Assembly: GCA_046563655.1 (NCBI GenBank)
Contig: CM102287.1
Span: 8,680,001-8,744,000 of the forward strand
Direction: 5' to 3'
DNA length: 64,000 bases
From: Yuukianura sp. NJ FZ-2021
Taxonomy: Eukaryota
A program made the translations under genes and the position numbers. The notes under the pieces were generated by a model. The model was not told the origin of the DNA, made no database searches, and saw nothing but the letters and a program-made list of their open reading frames with translations. Shown here in pieces: positions 24,699 to 37,861 of this stretch (position 1 is the first letter of the stretch; every line of letters begins with the position of its first letter).

Positions 24699-27600
24699 AT
24701 GTCGCTCTTCCAGAGCGAGGAAATGACCTTATGTCAGCTCTTCCTCCAATCGGAAGCAGCTTACGCATGTGTTTCAGAATTGGGTGAACTCGGTCTTGCT
24801 CAATTCAACGATGTAAGTCTAATTTCTACTGAAATCATCACCGTCTAATTGAAATTCATAACTTTTTGACAAATCGTAACTCCCTTTCCCGTCGGTTTTG
24901 TAGCTCAATCCAGACGTGAATGCATTCCAGCGCAAGTTTGTCAATGAAGTAAGACGTTGCGATGAAATGGAACGAAAACTTCGATACTTGGAGAAGGAAA
25001 TTAAGAAAGATGGAACACCAATGTTGGATACCGGAGAGAATCCAGATGCTCCACAACCAAGAGAAATGATTGATCTAGAGGTAAATGACAACAGTATTCT
25101 TCATCTAATTCGTGATTAATCAAAAATGGTCAATTGTTCCCCGGTCTGCACTGCTCTGAAACACTCCCGAGCTGTTGACCGAGCTAAACATTGCAGTTAC
25201 AGGTTTTAATTGACCGAAAATTACAAGAGTTACTTCATGCGTCTTCGCTGAGAACTTTGAGACAGACGTTATTTGCGGGCTCAAACAATTTTATTAATCT
25301 AAAGTTAATTTAATTGATATCTATTTGATTTAGGCCACTTTTGAGAAACTAGAAAACGAACTTCGTGAAGTCAACCAAAACGCAGATGCCTTGAAGCGGA
25401 ACTACTTGGATTTATCCGAACTTCGTGAAATTCTGCGTAAAACGCAAGTTTTCTTTGACGAGGTTAGAACTTGAACAGCGACGCACGTAAATCTACCAAG
25501 TTTCAATTAACTTCCTTAATTGTGAATGTTTTGCTTCATCGCTTTTCACATTTACCTCAAACTTAACCTCCGTCTTGGCCTAACTGCATTGTGCATTTTG
25601 AATTATCTCAATATGTAACTAGTCATTTTCTGCAAAATTGTCTTAATTTCAAATTTTTTTCATGCTTTTCGTTCTTTGTGTTGTGTGCATGTCAAAACTG
25701 TTTTAGTAGTGCCTTGAATTCATTTAGCGCACGACGTTTATGACGTTTGATGTTCAAAGGGAGAATTTGGATGGATATCACAGATGGGGGGAGGTGCCGT
25801 GTCACCAACAAGTTCACAAGATGACGAGAAGACTCGGTTGCTCAGTGACGAAGGACTAAGAGGTCAAGCTGGGTCATCGGTCAAGCTAGGGTTAGTGAGT
25901 CTTAGTCTTGTCCTAGTTTTAACATAACAAAAACGTTTTTTTAAACCGCATGGGCGTCTGGGGGTAAACTTTTCGGGAAATCGGTTCGGGTGGTGGTGGT
26001 CTTTTCGGTTTTAAAACCGAAAAATTTCATCTATGGCTGCTACTCGCTGTCCTTTTTCTAATGTCATGTCAAGTCTCTCTCGCATTCTGCTCCTGTTCTT
26101 TTTACTGTAAAAATCATCTTAATTTCTGAAGTTAAAACGCGATTGTAATTATATTCTCCTGACCTTGAAGCGCGAAGAGGCAGGAGGGGGTGATGGTCCC
26201 GTGCGCGGTCCGCTGGCTGATGAGCCATTTACTGGTAGAATTGCACCAGGCCAGGCACCCGCCCAACTAGGGTATGTCAACATCATCTCAACTTCCGAAA
26301 TTCTATGAATACTTGACTACTTTTCAATTCTTGACTAACTTTAAGCTTAAGTATAACTTAACTTAACAATTCTTAAGTTTCTTAAAGTTAAATTAACTTG
26401 AACTAAAGTATTATAAATTATCATTCGAAGGGATACGTACATGACATAAGTTATGGTGGCGGGTAGAGCGTAAGCGTGTAACTTTACTTTAGTTTTAAGT
26501 GAAAAATTAACTTGTCTAATTGATTTTTTCATTTGCATAAATGTCCAGTTTTGTGGCTGGAGTGATTTTGCGGGAACGGCTGCCAGCGTTTGAGCGTCTT
26601 CTGTGGCGCGCTTGTCGAGGAAACGTTTTTCTGCGTCAATCGGATATTGAAAAGCAGTTGGAGGATCCATCAACGGTAAATTATTTTGAGCAAACGCATT
26701 GAAGTAATTAGAACAGTCGATTAATTGATGTTTGGTTTGATTTTAGGGTGACAAAGTGTCAAAAACTGTTTTCATCATTTTCTTTCAAGGCGATCAACTC
26801 AAGACTCGAGTGAAGAAGATTTGTGAAGGATTTCGAGCAACTTTGTATCCATGTCCAGAAACTCCAGCAGAACGGAGAGAAATGTCACTTGGAGTTATGA
26901 CGCGGATTGAAGATTTGACTACAGTTTTGTCTCAAACGACAGATCATCGTCACCGTGTCCTCGTAGCTGCTGCGAAGTCAATCAAAAATTGGTTTATCAA
27001 AGTCCGGAAAATTAAGGCCATTTACCATACGCTGAACTTGTTCAATTTGGATGTGACGCAAAAGTGTCTCATTGCTGAGTGCTGGATTCCAGTTGCGGAT
27101 TTGGAGAAAATTCATGCAGCACTTCGTCGTGGAACTGTAAGTGTTTAACTTTAAAAACTAAAAAAAGTTTGCTAATGAAAAGTTTTATGATAATTCAAAT
27201 TCTTGGTATTTTTTAGGAGCGTTCTGGATCTTCTGTGCCGCCAATTTTAAATCGGATGGAGACGACAGTGGATCCACCAACTTTTAATCGATTGAACAAG
27301 TACACGCGTGGATTTCAGAACTTGATTGATTCTTATGGAATTTCATCTTACCGTGAAGTCAATCCAGCTCCATATGCTATCATTACGTTTCCATTTTTGT
27401 TTGCTGTCATGTTTGGTGATGCTGGGCACGCCCTTATTATGATCATGTTTGGAGCTTGGATGATAGTGTCGGAGAGGAAGTTTGAGGGAAAGAAAGGGAG
27501 TGAGGTAACTTCACTTAAGTTTTCATGATTTTGAATTTTCGAAATTTTGATGACACTGATTTGATTTGAATTTCAGATTTGGAACATTTTCTTCGGCGGT

Positions 27601-29030
27601 CGTTACATCATCTTCTTGATGGGAACGTTTTCACTCTACACTGGAATCATCTACAACGACGTCTTTAGTAAGAGCATGAACGTCTTTGGTTCTCATTGGT
27701 TCACCAACAAATCACGAATAACGACGGAGCAGATACTCAATTCCAAGGAACATTTGATGCTGGATCCAAAGGACTGCTATGTCCAGTACCCTTATCCCAT
27801 TGGAATTGATCCTGTTTGGCAGGCAATTGCAAAAACGTCAAAATTTTATAAACTGTTTCTGATTTGAACTTGTTTTTAACATTTTGTTGACTTTTTAGGT
27901 TGCTGAAAACAAAATTGCGTTCTTGAATGCCTACAAGATGAAGATTTCAATTATCATTGGAGTGTTGCACATGTTTTTTGGAGTTTGCCTTTCCATTTGG
28001 AATCATCTTTACTTCAAGCGTCTCATCAACATCTTCTGTGAATTTATTCCACAAGTCATCTTCCTCCTCTTTCTATTCTTCTACCTCTGTATCCTCGTGT
28101 TTCACAAGTGGGTTTGGTATGGGCCGCTGGGTGGAGATGTGTCTGGACCGTACTGTGCCCCTTCAATTCTAATTACGTTCATCAACATGGTTCTTTTCAA
28201 GGGAGCAGATGATCCACCTCCAGGATGTAAAAGTAGTCTTCTCTATACTGGTCAAGAAACTGTCCAGAAGATTCTTGTACTCTCGGCACTCGCCTGCGTC
28301 CCCTGGATGCTCTTTGTCAAACCGTTAATACTGTGGAATCAGCACAGGACGAAGGTACAAATTTCAACATTCGAACATTTAATTGTGAATTTTGGAATAT
28401 AATTGTTTGTTTGTTATTTTAGCCTGGACACGTTTATGCTGGATCGGTTGTAACACATGACGAAGAAACGGCTCTAGCATCAAATGGAAATTCGCCCCAC
28501 GGAGCATCTCCTGGACAATCTCATGGTGGCGGTGGTCACGGTCATGGGCACGGTGAAGAATTTGAACTTTCAGAAGTCATGATCCATCAAGGAATTCATA
28601 CGATCGAGTACGTCTTGGGATCTGTGTCACATACGGCTTCGTACTTGCGTCTCTGGGCTCTTTCATTGGCGCATGCACAACTCTCCGATGTACTTTGGTC
28701 AATGGTGATGAAAATGGGATTTGGCAGTACTACGGCTGGATTCGGAGCAATCATGCTGTACTGTGTGTTTGCGTTCTGGGCAGTTCTTACAGTGAGCATC
28801 CTCGTTCTTATGGAAGGACTCAGTGCATTTCTACATACTCTTCGTCTACATTGGTAAACAAACGATCAAGGAATTCGACTTTCGAAATTTTGGTTGAGGA
28901 TAAAATTAAATCGTTTCTTGTTGTTTCCAGGGTCGAATTTATGTCAAAGTTTTACTTGGGTCAAGGATACCCCTTTGCTCCGTTTAGCTTCAAGGACATG
29001 CTGGCTGCTGCGGAAGCAGCAGAAGAATAG
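24699..29030 (+). CDS. Vha100-1: V-type proton ATPase V0 subunit a (Vha100-1/ATP6V0A1-like), multi-exon
   Basis: [59 protein letters not shown] and [11 protein letters not shown] motifs. The exact paralog assignment is tentative. Confidence 0.95.
25127..25290 (+). ncRNA. Intronic H/ACA guide RNA (SNORA79/ACA65-like), predicted to target U6 Psi31 and Psi86
   Basis: Hairpin 1 (ggtcaat/attgacc), H box aaatta at 25218-25223, hairpin 2 (gagtt/ggctc; cgtct/agacg) and ACA at 25285-25287. Pockets gttcc/tttta and cttcat/atttgcg each lie 14 nt from their box. Confidence 0.8.
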
Positions 29031-29885
29031 GATCGTTAACGCTTGCATTTACTTCCTACATCACATTAATCTAAACTGGTTACAACACAAGGCTGGCTGC
29101 AATTTTGGGACGAAAATCTTCTGATTTTGGAAACTTTCGGTCATTCCAGTACTTGTAGTAGTTGAAATATTTTTTCGTAGTCGATTTCCTGATAGACTCA
29201 TTAGAACTTGTAGCTTTCAGAATTTAGTTCAATTTTCCAATTGTAGTTGAGTTCCTGTAGCAAGAAATTTATAGATTTCACGTTTTGTTTAAAATTCTAA
29301 ACACTGTTCAATCAGGGTTGAAAAATTGACATATCGGTGGCACGCCCTCCCTGAAACCTCTTTCTGGCTACATAAACTGTGATTCGAACCCAAACTGCTA
29401 CACTTCATGAAATATATTTCTTCCAAAATGTAATTTCAATCTAAAAATTATGAAAACAATCGAGAGAACAATTACTATTTGCGCGCTTTTAGACAAAGGT
29501 TAGAAAAACCGCAGCGAGGGAAGTTCAGTAGAAATAAAATCAATCAATCGAGAATTAAAGCTTCCTTTTTAATGCGAAGTCATGTCAGTTATTGTAATTT
29601 GACGTTTTTTGTTGGTTTTTTGTGGGGTTTTCAGGGGATTGAAGTTTCCACTGAAAAAAAAAGTACTGAAAATTGTGACATTACCTAACCTAACCTAATG
29701 TCTTAGCCTAAGGGGGAGTTGGAGGGAACGCGTCCAGAATGAACGCCAATTGGCCACTATGTGTTGGAACTTGAAATTGGATACTGTCGCTTTCCAACAC
29801 CACTACTTCTAAGGTTCTTCGATAGAACAAAATTGTCTCTGCAAGTCATGCATCATCAAGTGCTGCTGAGGTTGGTTGTAAGGAA

Positions 29886-31590
29886 TTAAACAGAATTTGA
29901 TTTTGATACGTACCTCCGCCGTCTTTTGCGTGGTCGTTGCCGGATGGTTGTTGCCGGCTGGAAATGCTTAGCGCGAGGGCGGGTACGCATTGGATATCTA
30001 CGCGTGAAGTTGGCTGCGACCGAGTTCAACTGAGCGGAGCTTTCATCCTTAGTAGTGGCAGTATTCTGGGAAAATGCTGTTGGTTTCAAAGATGGTGGTG
30101 GTACTGGTGCATGAACTTGCGGAATAGATGGTGCTGGTACTACTGTTGGCGGAGGAGCTTTTGGCTGTACTGACTCGTGTGTTGGAGATGTAGAAATAAC
30201 TGCACTGGGCATGGGCTTTGACTCAGTTTCAATTGTAGTTGGTTTGGTGGCTCCATTAATCGTGGGATTCGTAACACCATTGGTGGGTTTCTGGATAGTT
30301 TGAAGAGGGGGATTGACCGTAACGGGTGGTGGTGGTGGCGGAGCATTGTCCAACCTTGGATATTCAATTCCTGACAATAATGACGCATGTCCAGAGGCAG
30401 AACTCCTTGCAAATTCGTCCAGTTGTCCATTCATTGGACGCTCGTTGGTAAAGTACGTCGGGTATTTCCGGTAGAAGTGACGAAATCCACCTTGCAGAAT
30501 CTTAACTTTCCCTTTGTATTTCGTGTTAGAATCCCACTAATATTGACAAAAGAAAATTGAAAAAGTTCTTTATTCAATTTTTCGGATGAAAATGGAAGAT
30601 TTTAAACCTTACTTGTGTGATAGAGTCGTAGAGTACAAATAACGGTAAAGTGGAGTCCCTCCGTTCGAAGCTGTTCGACCAGTCATAGAGAATGATTAGG
30701 TCAAAGGTTGCACGTATGTTCCAAAGTTCCAGCGATTCGACGCTGGATTGCTTCAACTTCGTCGTGAGCGAATCTATAGTGATTCTGGAAGAATCAAAGA
30801 ACAGAAACCTGAACAGTATTTGTACAAATCCTTGGGCAGTAGTAAAAGCTTACCCTTTCACAAGAAACACATTGGGAATGCAAATGGCATCGTGGTGGAC
30901 GGGGTGCGAACTCTTAAAATCCACTGGAGAACGAGTGTCAATGAGCAGAAACCGGGTTGATTTTTGGTCCATTAAGGTTTTGAGTTCCTCTGCAGTGATG
31001 TTAACATCGTGATGACGATGAGATAGAATGGCAACGTTGACAACGGCTGGCCGTGCTTTAGGTCGAAGTACATCGTTGCCCTTGACGTTGCGAGTTGCAT
31101 CCTGGAGTTTCAGTTTCTCTTCCTTCACTTTGGCTTCTGCTGCTTCACGTTCTTTAGCCATCGCATATCGCTTGTCCAGACGTTCTGCCAACCCCTCTAC
31201 AAGTTGAACGGCGACTTTTGATTTGGATGAAAACAGGGCCGTACGATCCGGTTGTTTATAATACTTCAAACTAAGGACGAATCTCATGTATAGAATGTAC
31301 GACAGTTCATCGTCCATTTCCATCCAAAAGGCTTTCTTGGCCGAGTCGTATAATTTGTTCAGCATACCCGAGGTCATCCTGAAAAGTGAAAATGTAAAAT
31401 TGAACTTTATTGAATAAACTTCACTTTAGCTTCAACATGCGGTGAAGTACTATAAGAACTGAAGTAGAACTTACGTGACTGGATCCGTGTTTTTGATTTG
31501 GTCACCTGGATCCACCTCACTATTAAGTTCTGCGACGCTGGAAGCCTTGTAAAGTTCACGCAGTTTCTCATTCTGCCCCGCGACTGGCAT
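29886..31590 (-). CDS. Truncated USP8 paralog (N-terminal MIT-like, rhodanese and Pro-rich regions; no catalytic domain); possibly a pseudogene
   Basis: MPVAGQNEKLRELYKASSVAEL…DDELSYILYMRF…FLLIDTRS…; similar to the copy at 54006-57453 up to about 30045. The frame then diverges and stops, with no Cys or His box. The exact 3' end is uncertain. Confidence 0.75.
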
Positions 31591-32585
31591 TTTCGGTCCT
31601 TCCAAGTACTAACAGGACTGCAGGCCCAAGTCCTACCTAAGCTCAATTCACGGTCAAAATAAGAGACACCAAGTCAGACTTATCGAGTGAGAGACATGGA
31701 GGTCACTGAAAACTAAAAGATTAGCTGTACCTGGGAGTTATCGTTCCAGGTCACCAAGGTCAGTCTATTTAGGTAAGCTTGTGATTCAGTCAATCTTCCT
31801 TTCTGTTTCTCTGTTTATGATTGTTCCACTTTCTGCAAATAACAAAAGTAAATGTCAATTAGTTACTCATTGTCACTGACCCTGTCTAAAAATTCAGTAG
31901 TTAAGTTACCTATAGTAATTGATATGAGATGGCTTGGTATAGTACTTGTACGATAAAATAACAGAGAGTAGATTGAATCGTGGATGGTGGTGGCAATGTT
32001 AAGTTGGGAACGTTGGGTTGGGATTAAAGCTTTAATTAATTAGTAATTGAGGATATTGACAGCTCACGTGTGAATGTGTAAATTCTCAGATGAAGGCAAG
32101 AGACACACCAGACAAGTAAGCAGCGATACCACCTACGAAACTAAAATTAAACAATTGTCTGACGTCGAGTCGAGTCGAGATGACCAAAAATAGAATATTT
32201 TTCAGTCAGTAGTGGAGCAGAAAATGAAACATGAAATTGGAGCAATACTTCTGATTTATTTTTTTGAAATTTTGTGTTTTGCTACTCATAAAACCGGAAG
32301 TATGGGAGTACGGGCTTTTAGGAAGCGTCACTCCTGTTGATGAGTTGCTCATTGACAGGGAAGCACAATGTAGGGACAGTTTGATGAAAATGATGATGAG
32401 GGACACGGGAGATTCGGTTTTGGGATTCTACCCAAAACAAAACAACAGGAAACAACTTCCCGAAAAATGTTGAGCTATTGTCTTTTCACTTCTACTTTCA
32501 CCACGTACTTAAAACTTAACAACTCATCATCAGTGTCGACTGTATTTTTAGACGCGTTGTAAGAATTTGAAATTTAGATTTCAAA

Positions 32586-35288
32586 ATGTCTGACGAAAGT
32601 AAATTACTGACCCCTGCTACTTCCATGGTTCGTACAGTGCCGTCAACTCCGCGTGAATTTTTTGCGAAATTGTATGAATCAGGGAATCCGAAATCCGAAG
32701 AAAATTTTGAAAATCCAGTTTCCGAAATTTTGGAACAAAATGCTCTGGTCAGACCAACAGAAGAGCTTCCCCTTGGTGGCTTGACTTCAATACTATGGCC
32801 AACGTCTTTTGCAGCCGCTGCAGCACAATTGCACTGGAATTTTGTGCACAATTTGCGAAACACTTCCGGAATCAACTTTCCAGAAGATGCTCAACAAGTA
32901 GACGCAACGGTCACACCAAATCCAAACTCAACACTTCTTAACTACCAAATTCCACCGGCTTTCAGCAATTTCCGTAAGTAGTTGTACTTTTGACTGGAAA
33001 AAAAAATGTTTTCACTTTATTTATTTTAACGCCAGTTAAATTTCTTCTGCATTTTTGCCAAGGTTTGTAAACAAAAAAAAATTAGTTTTTTCTTCAACAG
33101 CGAATGAAAGAGCGGTTGCTATAGAAACCTTGATTTTTGCTGTATAAAACCTGGTGTAAAAATAGTTAATTTTTAGGTGGCGCGATGCTTTAGCCATAAA
33201 AATTCGAGTTTAAAAAATTATTTATTATATTCCACATAATTTGTTGCGAAATAATTTAAAAATTTTGTTTTAAAAATTCAAAATTGTAAATCCTTAAGAA
33301 ATTTTTCATAAAAGCATCAGTATCGCCTTAGACAGTTTTCCGCAGAAGTTCAGATAACACCTCAAAACCATTTTCGGTTTCATGAATTTCAGAATGATTT
33401 TTCCTAATGTTTACCGTTAAAACTTTTTCAAATGAAAACTTTCGCCGTTCTTTTTTCACTTTTTTTTAAAGTTTCTTTTGCAGTTGTGTCTGAAAGCGTT
33501 AAGAAATTCCATGCACTAACTACCGCGTAGCGTTCTCAGGAACCGTTACTACATTTTTCCTATGTCGTGAGAGCTTGGGGTGTTAGGTTAATTAATTGTG
33601 TTAATAATTAGACTAATTTTGGGTTAATTCTAGGTTAACATCTCCTGGTACTCCAGAGTTGTGATGGTGTTAATTAGAGCCATGAGGGCCCAATTGGAAA
33701 TGACCCATGAGACCAATAACTCATCTCTATTGAATTTGTACCTCAATTTCCAATTTGCCAAGGACCAAACACGCTATTTAGCTAGGTTGGTTAGGTTAGG
33801 ATGAGCCACGTGTATTGAGGTACAACTTTTCCCATCATGCTCAGATCAAGATCAGATACGGAAGATCACATGGAAGTCTCCCATCCTCCCATTGTTCTCA
33901 TCTCCTTTTCATTTTGTACTAAAAGTGGTTTAGAACAGACCATGATTAAGGTGTTGGACACAAAACGTTTAGACACGCACACAGGGCAGACTTTATAGTC
34001 CGTTTTTCTAAAAGTTTGGACTCCATGAGGGGATAGTCGGAGCAGTTCACTATATGTTAGGCAACGAAGTTTGGCAGACTAAGTTGGCGTAAACGAGCTG
34101 TAAACCCTTGTAATATTTGTGGATGTGCGTGTTAATTCAACATTAGTTGAAAACTAATAGAAAACTGTTTTAGACCCCATCGGAAACTATACTGGAACTC
34201 TAATTGGATAACAACATTTTTATCCCCAAAAATCACTTCATGCAACAAACTTACAGGAAACTAATTTGAAAACGTTCAGTACTAAATATTTTTTGAATTG
34301 TTGGGAAACTTGGGAAAACATACCGCGGAAAAGTAGAATTTTTTTCGGAAAATACTTTTAAGTTTTTAAAAAACTTACAGAAAGTTTGTAAAAGGGTTTT
34401 TGGGTGAGATCAAAAGCGTGGATGTGGATGTGGTTTGCGGAGGGATGATTCCACCCCTTCACAAAATGGTTATTGTGTCCTTGTAAATCGCTTGATTAAC
34501 CACTTGCTGCTTCCAAATACGAATTAACAGGAGTACTTACTTTCTTTTTCAAGCAAAACATTTTCAACTCATCCTCATCTGCTAAAATTCTCACTATTCG
34601 GATTCTTAATTTAAAAATAAGTAATTTTTTTGTCAAAAAAATGATAGTAAATATTTTTAGGCAGCATGATTAAAAAAAAATCGTCTGTTTACTTAAACTC
34701 CGGTCAAAAAATTCCGTCTCGTATGATAGCTTTAAAAAAATTTGATCTAACACAAATTTTTAATTTTTTGTAGTGGCGCGGAAGCGACGTCGTGACGGCC
34801 GAGTGCGACGTCAAAGAACGACGTTTAGCAGTGAACAAACTGTGTCACTGGAAATTGAATTCCAGCGAACAGAGTACATCTCCAGGTCAAGACGCTGCGA
34901 ATTGGCTCAGAGACTTGGTCTCAGTGAAACACAAGTAAACTTTTCAGTGTCAAAATTGGACATTATGGCATTTTATTTATAAGCAAAATACAATTAAGTT
35001 ATATCTAAGCAGTAATTAATGATTAAAGATTGGATTTCTTCTATTTCCCTTGCAGATCAAAATTTGGTTCCAAAATAGGAGAGCGAAGGACAAGCGTTTG
35101 GAGAAAGCCCAAGTAGATCAGCATCAGGTGAGAATTGACCCTATTCAAAAAACGAAAATAGAATTAAACATGTGGTTTTGTTTTTCTGGAATTTTGTTTT
35201 TAAAATTTTTGAAATTTTTGAACCTAATTTTGGATCTTGTATAAACTAGGTCTTCAATGTTCTCAACCCCTGCTTCCCGGCACTTTAA
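32586..35288 (+). CDS. ro: Homeobox protein rough
   Basis: [10 protein letters not shown]-terminal motif; homeodomain [34 protein letters not shown]…[22 protein letters not shown]. 4 exons; the last (35250-35288) is tentative. Confidence 0.9.
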
Positions 35289-37160
35289 AGCTTAGAGAAA
35301 GCTCTACACTTTCACTTTTTAGTTTTCACGAACCAATCGAAAGCAAAAACTTTGATTTTTAGAAAATTAGTTTTGTTTAGTTTTTAAAATTTCGAAAATA
35401 TGTTAGGCAGTATGGTATAGTTAATCGCTAGTTTTCGCTTCAATGTTCTTAATTCAGTTGAAATCAGTCTTAAAATTTGTCAATTGAGGGGGATGATATT
35501 GAGCTCTTAAAAGTAAGAATTATTGTGGGAAGTGTTTCAGGTGCTTCTCTATTCACCAAAATTCAATTGAATTAGACACAGGATTTCCTTACGACTAACT
35601 TCAAAATTTCTAAACAAAAACTTACTTTCAATCCTATTTTCCAAATCGGAAGTCACATTGTTCCAAACAATTTTGAAACACGAGGATTTCGTTTAATCTC
35701 TGTACGAAATTTGGAAAATTTTCATTATCATGAAAATCTCAATTCAATTTTCACACAATTCATGTAATTTCGATGAATCTCAACGAGGGTGACAAAATTA
35801 CTGAAAATAGACGACAAAATATAGAAAGAAATTTTTGTTTTTGGATTTTGAGCTGCAGAATTTTTCAAAAAACGAAGTTTGATTTTGTAAACCTTAGATT
35901 TTGGTGGCTCCAAACATGTTATCTGTATAAGCTCGTGACTTTTGGACTTTGTCAGTGACAACATGAGAGCGTGACAACTTGTGACAATCAATTGACCCGA
36001 ATTTATCTAATTTAATGTTCAAGTGTGTGTCATTTTAGTCACTTCGAGGAGTCTAACGTTTAAAAAAAATTCTCTTTTGAAGCTTTTGATCAAACATAAG
36101 GTAGATTTAGTAGGTGTAAAAACAGAAATAATCATAACAAAAACATTCTTGAGCTTTCCAATGTCACAGTCAAGTGAATCACTGAAGTACGCTCAATTTG
36201 CGGGGTAAGTGAATTAACTTAACTTGTATTTAAACATTTTAATTAACTAAAAATCTCTTGTTCGATATGTTATGGTCACAGCTGGTTTACAGCAAATTTG
36301 CTTTTACTGCTTCTGGTCATTTGGAACGACGTGCTGGAATTTTGGATTCGAGTTTTACGACGCGGAATTGCTTTTGGATTTGGAACAAAAGATTTTGAAA
36401 AATTTTGTGAAATGTTCCCGGACGAAGTGAGGATTTGATTTTACCACGAGTATTCAAAATTTTGAAATAATTTTTAAATTACATTTGGTTGAATTTAGGA
36501 GGACGATGAATTGACTAGTAAAAGTGCGTCTGAGGGCCTTCTGACCTTGAATTACTATAACATCTTCAATTTTGGAAAGAATTTTAGCAGCGGAGGTTTC
36601 CAATTGTTTAAATACTTTGCAACTAGTCGATGGCATTGACGGTATTTATGGAACTAATCAATTTTAAAACGTAAACCGTAAACGTATTTTCAAACGTAAA
36701 GTTAGGATTAATCGCTTTTTGGAGGAATAAAATACATGTTGATAGTTAATCTTAATTAAGCTTTTGTACAACTAAATACCGGTAACACGTAGATGTAATA
36801 CGAATTACAGAGAGTGAACAAACTAATTTTAGTTATTACTAAGCAATTAAATTAATTAATCATCAAATTAAACCGTAATTATTTTAGGTATTTTGTTAAT
36901 AGCGTCTTTACATGAATAAAAGTTCATCACGAGCGCCATCCAGTAACTCCTTGTGCAAAATTCAAATTTAAAAAATCGGGCGCCAATTTTGTTTGAAAAT
37001 TTTGTCTGTCACTTTTTCAATTTTTTTTTTCATGAGAATTTGATTTGCCCGTGCTCTCTCGAAGTACTAATCATCTCACCGATTAATTAGTTTTGAAATT
37101 GATTTGGTGTCAATTACTTGGGTTTTCGCAGTTTGTTATTGAGGTAGTGAGCATAAGAAA

Positions 37161-37861
37161 ATGACTGTTCCAGCAGCAACAGAGCAGAAGCCGAAGGTGG
37201 ATTTGGGTCTTCTTGAGGAAGATGACGAATTTGAAGAATTTCCAACTGATTGTAAGATTTTTTAATTTTGGAAAACAGATGATTTGTAATGGAATGGGTT
37301 GTGTGAGACAAATTGTCTGTAATGGGTTTACTAGCAGTTGTACCGTAATTAACTTTTGCCGCATTTACTCGTTACATTCAGTTTTCCCCGAATTGACGAT
37401 TATGGATTAATTTTAAGTGAATTAATTTTATTTCAGCGTACACCGGGAACGCTGATGAAGATGACGATGTCAAGGTTTGGAATGACAACTGGGACGACGA
37501 TAACACCGAAGACGATTTCAGTCAGCAGCTAAAGTAAGTTTTAAAGTAAAGAGAGCCGTTTGCTTAATTAAGATAGGTATATCTTCTGGAAGGATCGCGC
37601 ATTTAGTGTATTATAAAGTTCCGTTTAAGTTCAGTTAAGATTACGTTTACGTTGCCCCTTTTTCTTTGTCCCTACTTCCTGGAAAATGCCGAGTCTTCAA
37701 AACAAATTCAAAAGTCCTGCAGTCTAGTTAGACTGAGAATAACGTTATCTCAATAATTAAAGTCATGTTTAGTAATTCAGCATTCAATTTTATTGAATCC
37801 TAGGGCTGAACTGGAGAAGCAAAGTTCTACTGCTGCTGTCAAGAAAGAAACACCATCATAA
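37161..37861 (+). CDS. SEM1: 26S proteasome subunit SEM1/DSS1 (3 exons); not in the ORF track
   Basis: VDLGLLEEDDEFEEFP…[25 protein letters not shown] across phase-compatible introns. Confidence 0.95.

Noticed and set aside
29685..29698. CCTAA (TTAGG) telomere-like repeats, also near 33783-33800
   Set aside because: Only 2-3 units, too short to call telomeric sequence.
36454..36636. 60-aa ATG ORF on the minus strand upstream of SEM1
   Set aside because: No recognisable motif and no convincing downstream exon.
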